From Macrostomum lignano (lineage: Eukaryota), in assembly GCA_002269645.1 (NCBI GenBank), contig NIVC01000995.1, forward strand, positions 62,001 through 126,000: a DNA stretch of 64,000 nt, written 5' to 3'. Position 1 is the first letter of the stretch; the number at the start of each line of letters is the position of its first letter. Positions 1 to 28,106 of this stretch are shown in pieces. A model generated the notes under the pieces. It made no database searches and had not been told where the DNA came from. It saw only the letters and a program-made list of their open reading frames with translations. Position numbers and translations under genes: made by a program.

Positions 1-66
1 TGCGCAGCTGGACTGTCAGGCCGCTGCCGCAATAGAAGCCACAGAAATCCCTGATAGAGCAACAGC

Positions 67-16251
<16,185 letters not shown>

Positions 16252-16389
16252 GGCCACGCGTACGGAGGTCAGACTGGATCGAAAGAATTTTAAACAGTTT
16301 TGTGTTTTAAAGATACGAGAAAAGGGGATGTACATGAAATTACGTTCGTAAGTTCTGCTTGGGTACATAAAGTTTCCTTCTGAAGATCA

Positions 16390-16740
16390 GAGTGTACACT
16401 CTCAAAGTGATACAGAAGAGAGAATGTACGCTCTCAAATTGATAGAGAATGTACTCTCAGTGATAGAGAGAATGTACGCTCTCAAATTGATAGAGAATGT
16501 ACTCTCAGTGATAGAGAGAATGTACACTCTCAAAGTGATAGAGAATGTACAAGCTTTCAAAGTTATACACTGAAAGTTATAGAATGTACACTCTTGAAGT
16601 GATGAAACGTACATACACTCAAGTTGATCGAGAATGTACATGTACACTATCAAGGGGATAGAGAATGTACACTCCCAAATTGATAATGATATTGACGAAT
16701 TAACGGATTAACGAATTGATATTGATAGAATGCACAGCTT
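16390..16740. repeat. About 25-bp repeat GATAGAGAATGTACACTCTCAAAGT downstream of the iGluR stop
   Basis: Imperfect tandem copies, probably in the 3' UTR. Confidence 0.8.
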
Positions 16741-17446
16741 CTATTATCAGAAGTGATATTTTTGTAATAATAATAATGAATTACACGTAAATGCACTGCC
16801 GTAGTACAATACTTATGACACTTAATTCCTAATGTTAACATTCAGTTTGGCATACGGTAGGCACAATTATCCCCAGTATACTTAACCTGTTAACCATTTA
16901 CAATGCACACCGATTTTCGTCAATGTATTTTAAATTCCTACTCTTGCCATCTAAAATGCACCGACGATTGCACCGAGCAGTTAAAATTTTCAATGCGCAC
17001 GGAGTTAGTTAATCACGATTTCCACTACTTATGAGTAGTACAGACATAGTGTACTTCTCAGTTATCTGTTTCTGTGATGTCAATTGAATTCTGCACTGCG
17101 ATTACAAAATAAATTATCCAATTAAACGATCAGGAGAAAAAATGACTTTTACCACCTATAAAATTGACAATTGCCTCCATTTAGTGAATCAAATGTCCTT
17201 TTTATTACGAACGAGAACTTATTGGGTGTGGATCGCAAAAGCCCCTGTGACCCAGATGTCAATTGAAAAGCTGTAAACTAATCAAATGAGTAACGCTGTG
17301 ACAAAATAATTCATGAAGCTATTTTTTCTGTATCCAAGTAATAACATGCGACTTTATCGTGTATTCCAGCGGCCAATAACACGCAGAATAATCCCAGCCA
17401 ACGGCAATAGTTAACTGAAGCCACCTGCTAGTCACAGCAATCCAAT

Positions 17447-17872
17447 TCACTCCTGCTGCTCGTCAGTGCGCAGCTTCGAGCTGCCATTCACCAGCCGGAT
17501 GCCGAGCTGGGCAGCCCGCTCCACCATGCCTTTGCGCTTCTTAGAGCTCACGGTGTGCGCAATGACCCCAGCGTAACGCCGGTTCTCCATCATCAGCATC
17601 TCCAGCTCCCTGGCGTTGTGCACCAGCACGTGACGGAAGCCGTCCCTGTGGACATGCTTAGTCCGCTTGTCAGATCCGAATCCAATCTGCGGCATCACCG
17701 ACTGGCCTTTGAATTTTCTGCGCATCCGGTTGTCGATGCCCTTCGGCCGGCGCCAGCTGGGTTTGACGCGGTGATAACGGTCGCTGTGATGACGCTGGAT
17801 GTGCTTGTTGCGCTTCTTAATGCAAACCTGACGGCGCAGCGGCTTCACAGCCTGCAATCGCTTGGCCACCAT
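17447..17872 (-). CDS. RPL32: 60S ribosomal protein L32 (eL32), 141 aa, intronless CDS
   Basis: [54 protein letters not shown] match the eL32 family. A 5'-UTR intron is predicted (acceptor TTTCAG 4 nt before the ATG; donor GTAAGT at 18121). Confidence 0.97.
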   Translation of the reverse strand: MVAKRLQAVKPLRRQVCIKKRNKHIQRHHSDRYHRVKPSWRRPKGIDNRMRRKFKGQSVMPQIGFGSDKRTKHVHRDGFRHVLVHNARELEMLMMENRRYAGVIAHTVSSKKRKGMVERAAQLGIRLVNGSSKLRTDEQQE

Positions 17873-18087
17873 TTGGCTGAAAGTGAAGGCGAGATCTTAA
17901 ATAAAAATGCCTAATTTGTTTAGTATTGAAGATTGTGAATAAACAGCTGGACTGAGAAACTGATTTTTCTTATAAATATTGTGTTTTAGTAATGCCAAAC
18001 TGTTTTATGGGATATGAGAGCTGATCGGTAGGGCTGTTATTAAGCAATGAAAAATGATAAGTTACAAAAAATGATTTACACTGGCCA

Positions 18088-18140
18088 TGCGACTTACTTT
18101 TTGACCAAAAATGCGACTTACCTGTGAAAGAAACCGTAAA
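18088..18140 (-). promoter_or_regulatory. Candidate RPL32 5' non-coding exon (pyrimidine-rich, TOP-like) with two tandem donors
   Basis: Minus strand reads TTTACGGTTTCTTTCACAG|GTAAGTCGCAT-TTTTGGTCAAAAA-GTAAGTCGCAT. Confidence 0.5.
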
Positions 18141-20568
18141 GCAAATTAACGCAATTTTGGGTAAACGGCAGGAGTAACTATGACTATTTTGTTAAGGCTG
18201 AATGCCTCGTCATCTGACTAGTAATACATCTATTGTTTGGGGTGGGCATTTTTGCAACTTACCCCAGGTCCATGACAATTTTTGGTGGCCAGATTGGCCA
18301 GGGCGGCCAGCAATTGCCCATGTATGATTCCTAATCATTGGACAGAGGCCCATACTAGTTTCATGCAAGTTATGAATCTAAGAGTCAGGAAAATGGTTTT
18401 CATATGCTTTGTTTGCAAATTTATTAGCAAATTGAGCCAATATTGTAGCGTAGTGTTTGCAGCTAGTTCTAGATAATTGAATTGGGGCTAATTTCAAAAT
18501 ATCAACAGTAGGATTGATAGGAAGAATCTAAAAGACTAACAAGAGAAAAAGCCCATATAACAACAATGACAAAATATACCTCTAGCTAGCCACAAGTAAC
18601 CATAGAAGACAAGGAAATGTCAGAACATAACATATGCCCTTTTTTGCACTTCTCAAAAAGTCAGCTTCTCTGATTAGAGTCAGAATGGAAACTTTCAATT
18701 TAATTCTTAAACAAAATCTTAAATCTTTCCCAAAGCTGTAGTTTTTAATTTTAAAAAATATTAGAAACAGTTAAAGTAAAACAAAAATACTTAGGTAAAC
18801 TATATTATAAACTTAGAAACTTATAGATTATACCTAAAAAGTACAATAAAACACTAGCAAACTCTAAATTTTATTAATATAAAAAAGTTTAGCATTAGTA
18901 CTTTCAATAGAGCCTAGTTTTTAAATATTGTTACTCATTGTAAAAAGGACAAAATATAATCTTAAAAAAGGCAATCAAGTGTTTGCTTTGTTTTCTATCT
19001 ATTATATTTGGCCTAAACTATTTTTTAAATTCTCAAAACAATATTTTGAGGGCCCTAAGCTAAGTAAACTTGAACTTTTGAAAAAAATTATGCTTGCTAC
19101 ATTTAAGAAAAAATAAATTAAATGCATTAGTTAGTTATACTATAAATATAGCAAAAATGTTTTTTATAGCCGTCCCTATGAATTTAGGCCTTTAGGATGA
19201 CTAATAGGTTTTGGTTAGCTTAAGGTTAGCCTAATACTAATTTAATAGGCAAAATACAATGCCATTAGGCCTACAAAAAATGAAAAAAAATAGATAAACA
19301 GACAAAATTTTATAATATAGCCTATGGCTATATAGTGTTGTATTGACTATAGTCTATAGTTTTAAATTTTTGCAGTTTCAGGGAATTCAGGCAACTAAGT
19401 TTTAAAGTAAAGTTTAAAAAATTTGACAACTTTCAAAAATAGGCCTAGGCCTAACTTGAGTCATAAGACGTAACTTATGTATAGGCCTAAGGTATCATCT
19501 TATTTAGGCCAATCATATTTATCACATGGAATTAAAATATTGATAACAAATAAGTTTTAAAATCCCTTTCAAGGGCTAATACTGATTTTGTCTGCTACCT
19601 ATTTGTCCTCTAATATTTTGAATAGTCATTAAGATTCATTTTGTATTTTGTTTGCCTTGAAAATATTCAGGTAGGCCTATACAAGTACAAGCTATTATAA
19701 AGTTGTACCAGTCAGAACTCTGAATAATGAGTAAAGCACACTTTTCACTTAGGGCTTGAAGCTTGACTTGTCGACAAGAAGACAGACAGACAGACAGCAA
19801 GCAAGCAATCAAGCGCGCTTGAGTCCAATAAAATAAAATAAAAATTAACTTTGCGCAAAAAATGTATTGGTATAACAAAATAACACATATTAGAGACTTT
19901 TGATAATAGTTTAATTTTTAATTTTTGTATGAATTTGGTGGAGATCTTATTTTAATGTATTTATTTTGTTCTTTAGTGCTCCATTATTTGCGTTGTGCTT
20001 GGATTTTAACTTAAACTTTACAACTTTTCCTAGGTAGTTTTCGTCGTCTTGACTGCAATAGATAATTCAAGCAAGCTATACTGCTACATTACATTCTCCA
20101 AAGCTAAAAAACTAAATAGTTTAGATTTTCCGTCTCATAATAAATACAGTATCGTTTGCCCAGCTTTATATTTTTCACCAAAGCTTGTTTTTAGCAGTGA
20201 ACTGGAGACTTGTTTGATTATAAGACTCAGCTATCCCTATCTACTTAAGTTAGATTTTAATTTTAGTTCCAAACACAATTTAAACTCAGACAGCTTCCTG
20301 TGATGAATAAGACAATCGTCCTGCTTTTAGCCGTTTTGCGTATCTGCAAAGTGGATTTTGTCAGGAATTACAGCAGAAAATATTAATCTCTTCAGTAAAC
20401 ACAATCACACTTCGCGAAGGAAAATTTACTACAGGTCGCCGACTCGCCCCAGTTCCACAGCTCCGTTGTGTTTCTGGTAGAGCACCTTGTCAGTCTCAAT
20501 CTCTTCCCTCTGTTGTTCAGTGCTACAATAAAGGATCGGATGGGTTAAGCATTCAGTGGCGATGTGAA

Positions 20569-23149
20569 TAGGGGGCGACCGGGACGGCCAAAGTCGGGCC
20601 CGGGTCGGGCCCGGGAATGAGGACTCGGGCCCGGGTCGGGCCTCGGGAATTCGGGACAAGATCTTTAGGACAGCTCAATAATTGGAAAAAAATCATAATA
20701 AATCTTAATACTTTTAGCATATGCGGATTACTATTAAATATATAATAAATATATCAATATATTAAATTTAATATAATATATTAAATGTATAATAAATATA
20801 TGATAAACATTAAATATATTATAATATATAAATATATTAAATATATAATAATATATAAATATAATAAATATAATATATTATATTAAATATAATAAATATT
20901 TAAATTTAAATATAATAAATATACAATAAATATTATTATTATTTAATACATTAGTTAAGACTTCAGAATAAGATAAGAGTTACATTAAAAGACTTAATAC
21001 TCAAATATCAATATACTCAATAGTTCAAATTCAATGTCACTGTGTGAGTGTGTGGCACAAGTACTGTGTGTGTGCCAGTGACAGTGATACTAACAAGCAG
21101 TGAGGTAGGCAAGCAGTCACTGTGGCAGTGCGGCTGGCACTGGCAGTGGCAGTAAGCAAAAGAAGAAAAGCTGAAGCATTAAGTGTAAGGCACTTGGCAT
21201 AGGAAGCAGTAAGGAAGTAAGAACCAAATCAATTGATTGATTCTTTTATTTGAATTTTTAGTTCCTTTACATAGCTTCAATGTAAAGAGCCATGTACACA
21301 GTCAGTATTCAGTAAGACAACAAGACAAGATAACAGAACAGAACACAAGTGAAGTGACAACACAACACAACACTCAACTGTCTCAACAGAACAGGCAAAC
21401 AGACAATGGAAATACAAGTAATTAGCTGATACCTGCCTACCTGCTCACCTACCTACTTAAACGAATATGATTACGAATACGATACTACAAGTATACGACT
21501 ACGACTACCTACGATACAAATATGAACACGATTACAAACTCTAATAGATAGCAAACTTCTTGGAAAAATGGTAGCCTTCTTGGAATGTAAATAGGAAATG
21601 TTATTTACAAAAGCTTAAAAATGACAAATAAACTTTTTAAAGAATCATATTTTTGCTTTTAGGCTGCAGCCTGCAGCGTGTAAAGTGGAATCAATATTGC
21701 AAAAAAGTATTGCAAAACTATGTTTTAATTTTATCTTCCTGGAAAAAAATCCGATCTTCCTGGAAAGTGGAAACTGGCTGTGGCTGACGCTCACGGTCAC
21801 AGACGCTCACGCTAAGAGCCTACTACGAATCAATGATATTGCTACTTCACATCATATCATCTAAATATACTAAATCTATTACTATTACTGATGCGATGCT
21901 TAACTGAGTGTTGTGCTGTCCTGATCCTGAGTCCTGAGTCCTGACCACTGACCTGACATGACGGATGACGATGAAATGATTATTGATTAGAGTACACTAC
22001 ACTACACTGTATAATTCTAACGAAAGTGACAGTAATAATTACTCGATACTTATAGCACTAGCCTAGCAGTGATTTTTAGCACTCCGTCTGTAGTCCGTCA
22101 CTTACGGAGTCACGATCACGACTCACGAGTCACTACACAATCACGAGTCACCGTCACGGTCAAAACAAAACTCGCGAATCACGAATCAGTCACAAGTCAC
22201 GACTCACGCCTCAGACACGACACGACTCCACTCCACGAGCCCAGAAAGTTCAAAGTCCAGTCCAGTCCACCCTCGGGCCTCGGCCTCCACTCAACTTCTC
22301 TTCTCCACTCCAGGAGTCCAGACGAAACGAAAGTGATAAAAAAGGAAAAAGTCAAAACTCAGAAGTCAGTAATCTTTTACGATGTCAATTTCAATAAATC
22401 GGTATCAGATATGATATCACTATCAGTCTATCAGTATTACATATATATATACATATATCTATATTGTATGTATATTGTATGATATGTATCATCAATTTTG
22501 AACAGTATGTAATTTTATTGTCGTACATGTACACTCGAAAATTCGAATCTGACTGTTTAGTTAAGTGAGTGGGTTACTTGACTCAAGCTCGAGTGGGAGT
22601 CAGGACTCAGGACAGGAGTCCAGCTGTCCAAGACTCAGGACGGTGACGGAACGGGAACGGGAGTCGGCATCGGCACTCGGACTTGGCAGCCTGGACCTGG
22701 ACTGGACATCGGGAATCGGGATGGGAGCAGCACCAGACATCACCGAACTTCACGGACAGCCGGGGCAGGGCAGACAGGCATGAGCTTGACTGACACCAGT
22801 CACCAGTGACAGTGAGTGACCGACAGCTTCATAGAATCACAGACCGCTCACAGTCAGGTCAGGTGAGGTCGAGGTGAGGTCAGTGACCGACCAGAGACAG
22901 AGATGCCTCATGCAGTCATGCCTTGCAGTTGCAGTTGCATTTTCCTGGGGCATGCAATAAAGGTAAATTAGTGTGAATGTGTTGAAAAATAATTTTTTCT
23001 TATTCGCACGCGGTTAGTGCCTTTAGGGAAAAAAGACTTGTCCCGATTTCCCGACTTTTTTAGGTTCGGGCCCGGGCCCGGGTCGGGCCACGATTTTGGT
23101 CGGGATTCCCGACTTTTCGGGCCCGGGCCCGGGACTGGGTCGCCCCCTA
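20569..23149. mobile_element. Non-autonomous hAT-type DNA transposon (2581 bp) inside SARAF exon 1
   Basis: TIRs TAGGGGGCGACC (20569-20580) and GGTCGCCCCCTA (23138-23149); exact 8-bp TSD GATGTGAA (20561-20568 and 23150-23157); subterminal CGGGCCCGGG repeats at both ends; no transposase ORF seen. Confidence 0.95.
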
Positions 23150-24187
23150 GATGTGAAGCACAGATGTCGAAGCGTCTTAAGTTTGATACTATTCAGGTAA
23201 ACATTTTTTCTCTTATACATGCATCTAATTAAGATTGATGTAGTAGTACTAGTAGTCAGCATAATTGCATACTAACTTTAAGTGCAAGTACTCCATAATT
23301 TGGCATAAAATCTTCATAATAAAAGGCTCATGTTATGTTATTGAGCTTTTCTGGTTTGTATTTATCAATATCATATTATTTGTTTTGCTTAGGCCCTATA
23401 TTATAACAGCTGTATCTGTTGCTAAATTAGCTATAATCAATTCCATGAATCATATATTCTTGATCCATTAAGCCATATAACTTCATTCATTTAGTTAAAA
23501 TTAAAAATGTTTACATTGCTTATCTAATGCTAAGATTTTATGACACTAAATTAATCTCTCACTAATTGTTGAGTTGCTCTACTCATCTCAGGTGAGCTGT
23601 GAAGGCTACGATCACCCTAACGATCCATACATCCTTGCCGGCTCCTGCGGGCTCACCTATTCATTGCAATGGTCTGGAAGGCGCCGGCACCGCAAGCATG
23701 GCATTCACGGCCACCTGTTCCGCCGTGTCCACATTGTCAACCCAATGGTTAGCGTCTTGACTGGCCTGCTAGCCTTCACTGTTGTGGTTGCCATGCTGGC
23801 GCTGGTGTTCAAGCTGTTCCGTTCCAGGCGGCACCGCTACCACCGGGTGTACACCGCCGAGGAGGGGCCACCACCGCCACCGCCGCCTTCACACTATGGG
23901 TATCATCACAGCGGCGGAAGTGGGCCTGGCTTCTGGTCTGGTGAGCGAAAGATAGGAAGAGGCTTGAGCTGCGGATAGAAGAGAGAGAGCAAGATAATCT
24001 CATATCACTTATCTCACTGTTGCTAACTCCCACGATACCTCCAACCCAAGTAATCCCCTAGGTCCATATTTCTATTGTCTATTATTAACTCTTAGGCCTT
24101 AATCACCTGTTTGTACCTATTCTTTGAGTCTATTATCAGCCACTATTCTCTATTCCTTAGTCCCTATTTTCAACCCCTAATCTCGAT

Positions 24188-24355
24188 TCTCTAGTCCTTA
24201 ATCGCTACCTTCAGCCACTAATCTCTAGTCCTTAATCGCTACCTTCAACCACTAATCTCTAGTCCTTAATCGCTACCTTCAGCCACTAATCTCTAGTCCT
24301 TAATCGCTATCTTCTGCCACTGATCTCTAGTCCTTAATCGCTATCTTCAGCCTCT
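24188..24355. repeat. 34-bp minisatellite CTCTAGTCCTTAATCGCTACCTTCAGCCACTAAT in SARAF intron 2
   Basis: Five tandem copies. Confidence 0.88.
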
Positions 24356-24669
24356 ACACTCTAATCCATAATCCCTATCCATTAGCTCATTAACAAAAGT
24401 GCAATAGCAACGCTAATCTCAAAACACCCCAAAGGCGCCGCAATGGGCGGCATGACGGGCTACATGATGGGCTCGGCGGCTTCGGCGCCGCACCATTTCG
24501 GCGGCCACTCGGCGCCATGCGAGGTGGCCTACGAGTCCGACTTTGTTGTCGGCGGCGACTCTGGCAGCGCTTTCTCTGACGACGACATCGGCTCGGCTGT
24601 GGGATTCGGCTCGGGATGGAATCGCTGATTTGTTTTCGCCTACTTTCAGTAATATATATAAATAATAAC

Positions 24670-25085
24670 TAGATGGGCCACTCAGGCACATATACTTAGC
24701 AAAACAACTTTCAACTTTCAGTTCAGTAGCAAAGAAGAATCCATAAGCTACTTTATAAAATAAAAGCAGCTGAACTGAAATGACTTTGATAAGTTTAGAA
24801 GCCCAAAGCTTGCAGGCGTAAACAACTTGCTAATTGGTTCAGGTTCAGCAATAATGTACATTAGCCAGTCCACTGAAATGTACATGGCAGCTTTAGGCTG
24901 GAAATCCGAGAAAGGCAATAAAAATTGGGTCGGGGGGTGTAGTGTGGAAAGGCGCGATTGGAGGGTTTAAGCTGGCTGGTAAGCATACACGAGCCTTGGC
25001 TTTAAAAGTACATTAAAACGCTTCAGTTTAACTTACTACTGAACTGAAAGTAGCTTACATGCAAATGTGCTGAGTGGCCCATCTA
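24670..25085. mobile_element. MITE-like element (about 416 bp)
   Basis: TIR TAGATGGGCCACTCAG(G)CACAT / ATGTGCTGAGTGGCCCATCTA plus inner IR CTTTCAGTTCAGTAG / CTACTGAACTGAAAG; no clean TSD found. Confidence 0.7.
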
Positions 25086-25441
25086 CTCTAGTATTGAATA
25101 TCTGTGGTTACGACTAACTATTCAATACACGGGCCTGAAAAATGTTGCATAGGATTTTCCAGACCAAAAAAATTTATTCAAAAATTGGAATCTCAGCTGC
25201 AGTGTTATAATTGAGTCTACTGTGCTCTGAACACGAAGCATAAAGTAAAGTTTGCTGGTATCCAAACTATTTTTTTTGTTTCTGGATAAAATTATTGCAT
25301 TCCTCTTGTTTCGGGATATTTTTGTTTTTATTATATTAGTTCTCATATAACACATTTATTTATTTCAGCTTTAACTATTGTTTTCGGTTTAAACTATCTA
25401 ATAGTTATAAAGAAGAATTAAAATAAGCAGTTCGAATTTAA

Positions 25442-25845
25442 TGTCACATGACCAAACCATAATCTCCGTCTGTACGTTAGCAAAGAAATAGCAATTAATA
25501 GGTCACGTGACTAACCAGAATCCCAGTCTGTACGACGTGACTAAACCAGAATCTCCGTCTGTACGTTAGCAGACAAATGGCAAGTTTATAGGTCACGTGA
25601 CTTAACCAGAATCTCCGTCTGTACGTTAGCAGACAAATGGCAAGTTTATAGGTCACGTGACTTAACCAGAATCTCCGTCTGTACGTTAGCAGACAAATGG
25701 CAAGTTTATAGGTCACGTGACTTAACCAGAATCTCCGTCTGTACGTTAGCAGACAAATGGTAAATTTATAGGTCACGTGACTAAACTGAATCCTTGTCTA
25801 TGGCAGAAAATGGTAGTAAATAAAAAGTGACGTGACTAAAATTCT
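25442..25845. repeat. 60-bp tandem repeat containing the palindrome GTCACGTGAC
   Basis: Exact 60-nt periodicity across 25561-25790, with degenerate flanking copies. Confidence 0.92.
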
Positions 25846-26974
25846 GGAATCTCTTTCTCTATACTCTTTTTCAATGCGGTAGCTACTTGATATCCAGTTA
25901 AATGTCTCGTGAGAGCATAAAACTTTAAACTACCTGACATTATTTATTCTTGAAATTTAATTTGAGCAATTGAGTACTTTTTTCAGCGGTAATTTCAGCT
26001 GTTTTATTAATTGAGATCGCCAACATAATAAAAGCATCTTAAGCCATTCCTCAGCGCGTTCCACAGCGGTTTTAAGAGAAACATTTTTTTTAAACTTGAA
26101 GCTTCTTTACAACCTAAGACTACTTAAGTTTGGTAGTCCTTGTTTACAACTTGTACAATGAGATTTCAAACGTGTTCTAAGAGTCTTCTATTTAGGGCTT
26201 TTGTTGAGTTGATTGACTCATTTCAATCGGCTCTGGGTTTTTGAATCCGGAAATTTGTTCAGTTACTTACTTTTTTATTTTGTCTGTAACTTTATCATAA
26301 CTGCCAATATCAAAGCGTGTTTTATTTCTATTTTTGTCAAGTGTTTGCTGTAATAACTTTGAGCATATGTTTATTGAGATAAATACATCTATTATTTATT
26401 TTGTTAAGCTTTGCACACAGAGTTTTCCTTTCAAGACATGATTCCATCTGCCAGAGAATGCCGTGGAAAACTCATTATTGCATAATTGCAAAAGTAATTA
26501 ATAATAAATGCAGTAGTAGTAATAATATTGGTATTCACAGGGACGCACAGGCGCAGCTATATGGCTTATAGCTATGACGTACAAAATCCAGTCTGCACAC
26601 CTTATGCTTAGCTAATCACTCTTTCCTGTTTATTAATTATTAATTTGACTTTTTGTCAGTTTTGGGATGGATTTCTCAGTATTTATTTATTCTTAATGTT
26701 ATTATTATGCGGTGCATATCTTTTCTTAGTTTTTGTTACAACTATAATGGACGCTTCATATTTTTGCAATATTTGCACATATTTTTGCAATTTACATTAT
26801 TTATAATTTACTACTGTTCATTATTTTTCATTATTTCTGCTTTGAATAAAAAAATTACCTAAAGTACAAACGATGCACCAATTTTCTACATATACTACTG
26901 TCAACTTTCTACAATGCAAGTTTGCTAAATTTCATAGACTCTTCGACAAAAGGGGTCGTGGTTCGAATTTTAAT

Positions 26975-27572
26975 GCTCACGGGGACCAGAACCTGGGTTC
27001 GATTTTTTATGCTCACAGGGACCAGAACTTGGGGTTCGATTTTTTATGCTCACAGGGACCAGAACTTGGGGTTCGATTTTTTATGCTCACAGGGACCAGA
27101 GTCCAGTTTCGATTTTTTATGCTCACAGGGACCAGAGTCCAGTTTCGATTTTTTATGCTCACAGGGACCAGAGTCCGTGGTTCAATTTTTTATGCTCACA
27201 GGGACCAGAGTCCAGTTTCGATTTTTTATGCTCACAGGGACCAGAGTCCGGGGTTCGATTTTTTATGCTCACAGGGACCAGAGTCCGGGGTTCGATTTTT
27301 TATGCTCACAGGGACCAGAGTCCGGGGTTCGATTTTTTATGCTCACGGGGACCAGAGTCCGGGGTTCGATTTTTTATGCTCACAGGGACCAGAGTCCAGT
27401 TTCGATTTTTTATGCTCACAGGGACCAGAGTCCAGTTTCGATTTTTTATGCTCACGGGGACCAGAGTCCAGTTTCGATTTTTTATGCTCACAGGGACCAG
27501 AGTCCAGTTTCGATTTTTTATGCTCACGGGGACCAGAGTCCAGTTTCGATTTTTTATGCTCACGGGGACCAG
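26975..27572. repeat. 36-39-bp minisatellite GATTTTTTATGCTCACAGGGACCAGAGTCCAGTTTC
   Basis: About 16 tandem copies. Confidence 0.95.
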
Positions 27573-28106
27573 ATAGGATAGTTGTTCTACAAGAATAGTA
27601 TAAATTAATAAAACTCCCAGACCTCCGTTCATTTAACCATCGTTTTAATTAAAGAATAATCCGGCTTATTTCAAATAACGAATAATTTCTGGACAATAGA
27701 AACTATTTATTATGCATTTGTCAGTGCAGATATGATGGACAAATCAGCAACCTATGTAGCAAAGCTAGTGACGTACCGTAACACCGTACGAGTACTGCTA
27801 GAGTGCATGACGCAATAAGCAATACACGAAAGCAATACGTAGGAAAAATACAGTTAAATAATGAGACACAAAGGAATTATAAGCTCGCTATTGCGTATCG
27901 GCAAGCGGCAAGATAAACAAACAGTTAGTTTCTGTCTAAGTTCGTCTACTACAGCGAGTAGTAGATGAAAGAGATTAATCAGAGTGTATCTCAGTTGCGG
28001 TGTACCACAGTGATGCTACTGATCAAGTAGTATAAATAAGATTTTTTTAAAAAGAAGCGGATTTGTAACAAAAAGGGATATAAAGGGCTTTGAGTGTACT
28101 TGTCCA

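Larger units (their letters stand above)
20303..24628 (+). pseudogene. SARAF: SARAF/TMEM66 (store-operated Ca2+ entry-associated regulatory factor), disrupted copy
   Basis: Exon 1 20303-23196 (MNKTIVLLLAV / AYLQSGFC..VNTITLREGKFTTGRRLAPVPQLRCVSG..VVQCYNKGSDGLSIQWRCE[insertion]AQMSKRLKFDTIQ); exon 2 23592-23940 (VSCEGYDHPNDPYILAGSCGLTYSL, TM segment, GPGFWSG); exon 3 24435-24628 (GGMTGYMMGS..GFGSGWNR). Adding one T at 20334-20337 and removing 20569-23157 gives an open 282-aa protein. Confidence 0.85.

Noticed and set aside
20429-20659. Minus-strand 76-aa ORF
   Set aside because: It is the antisense of SARAF exon 1 plus the transposon end.
26040-26230. Possible LINE or transposase fragment
   Set aside because: Short stop-interrupted frames with no motif that could be named confidently.
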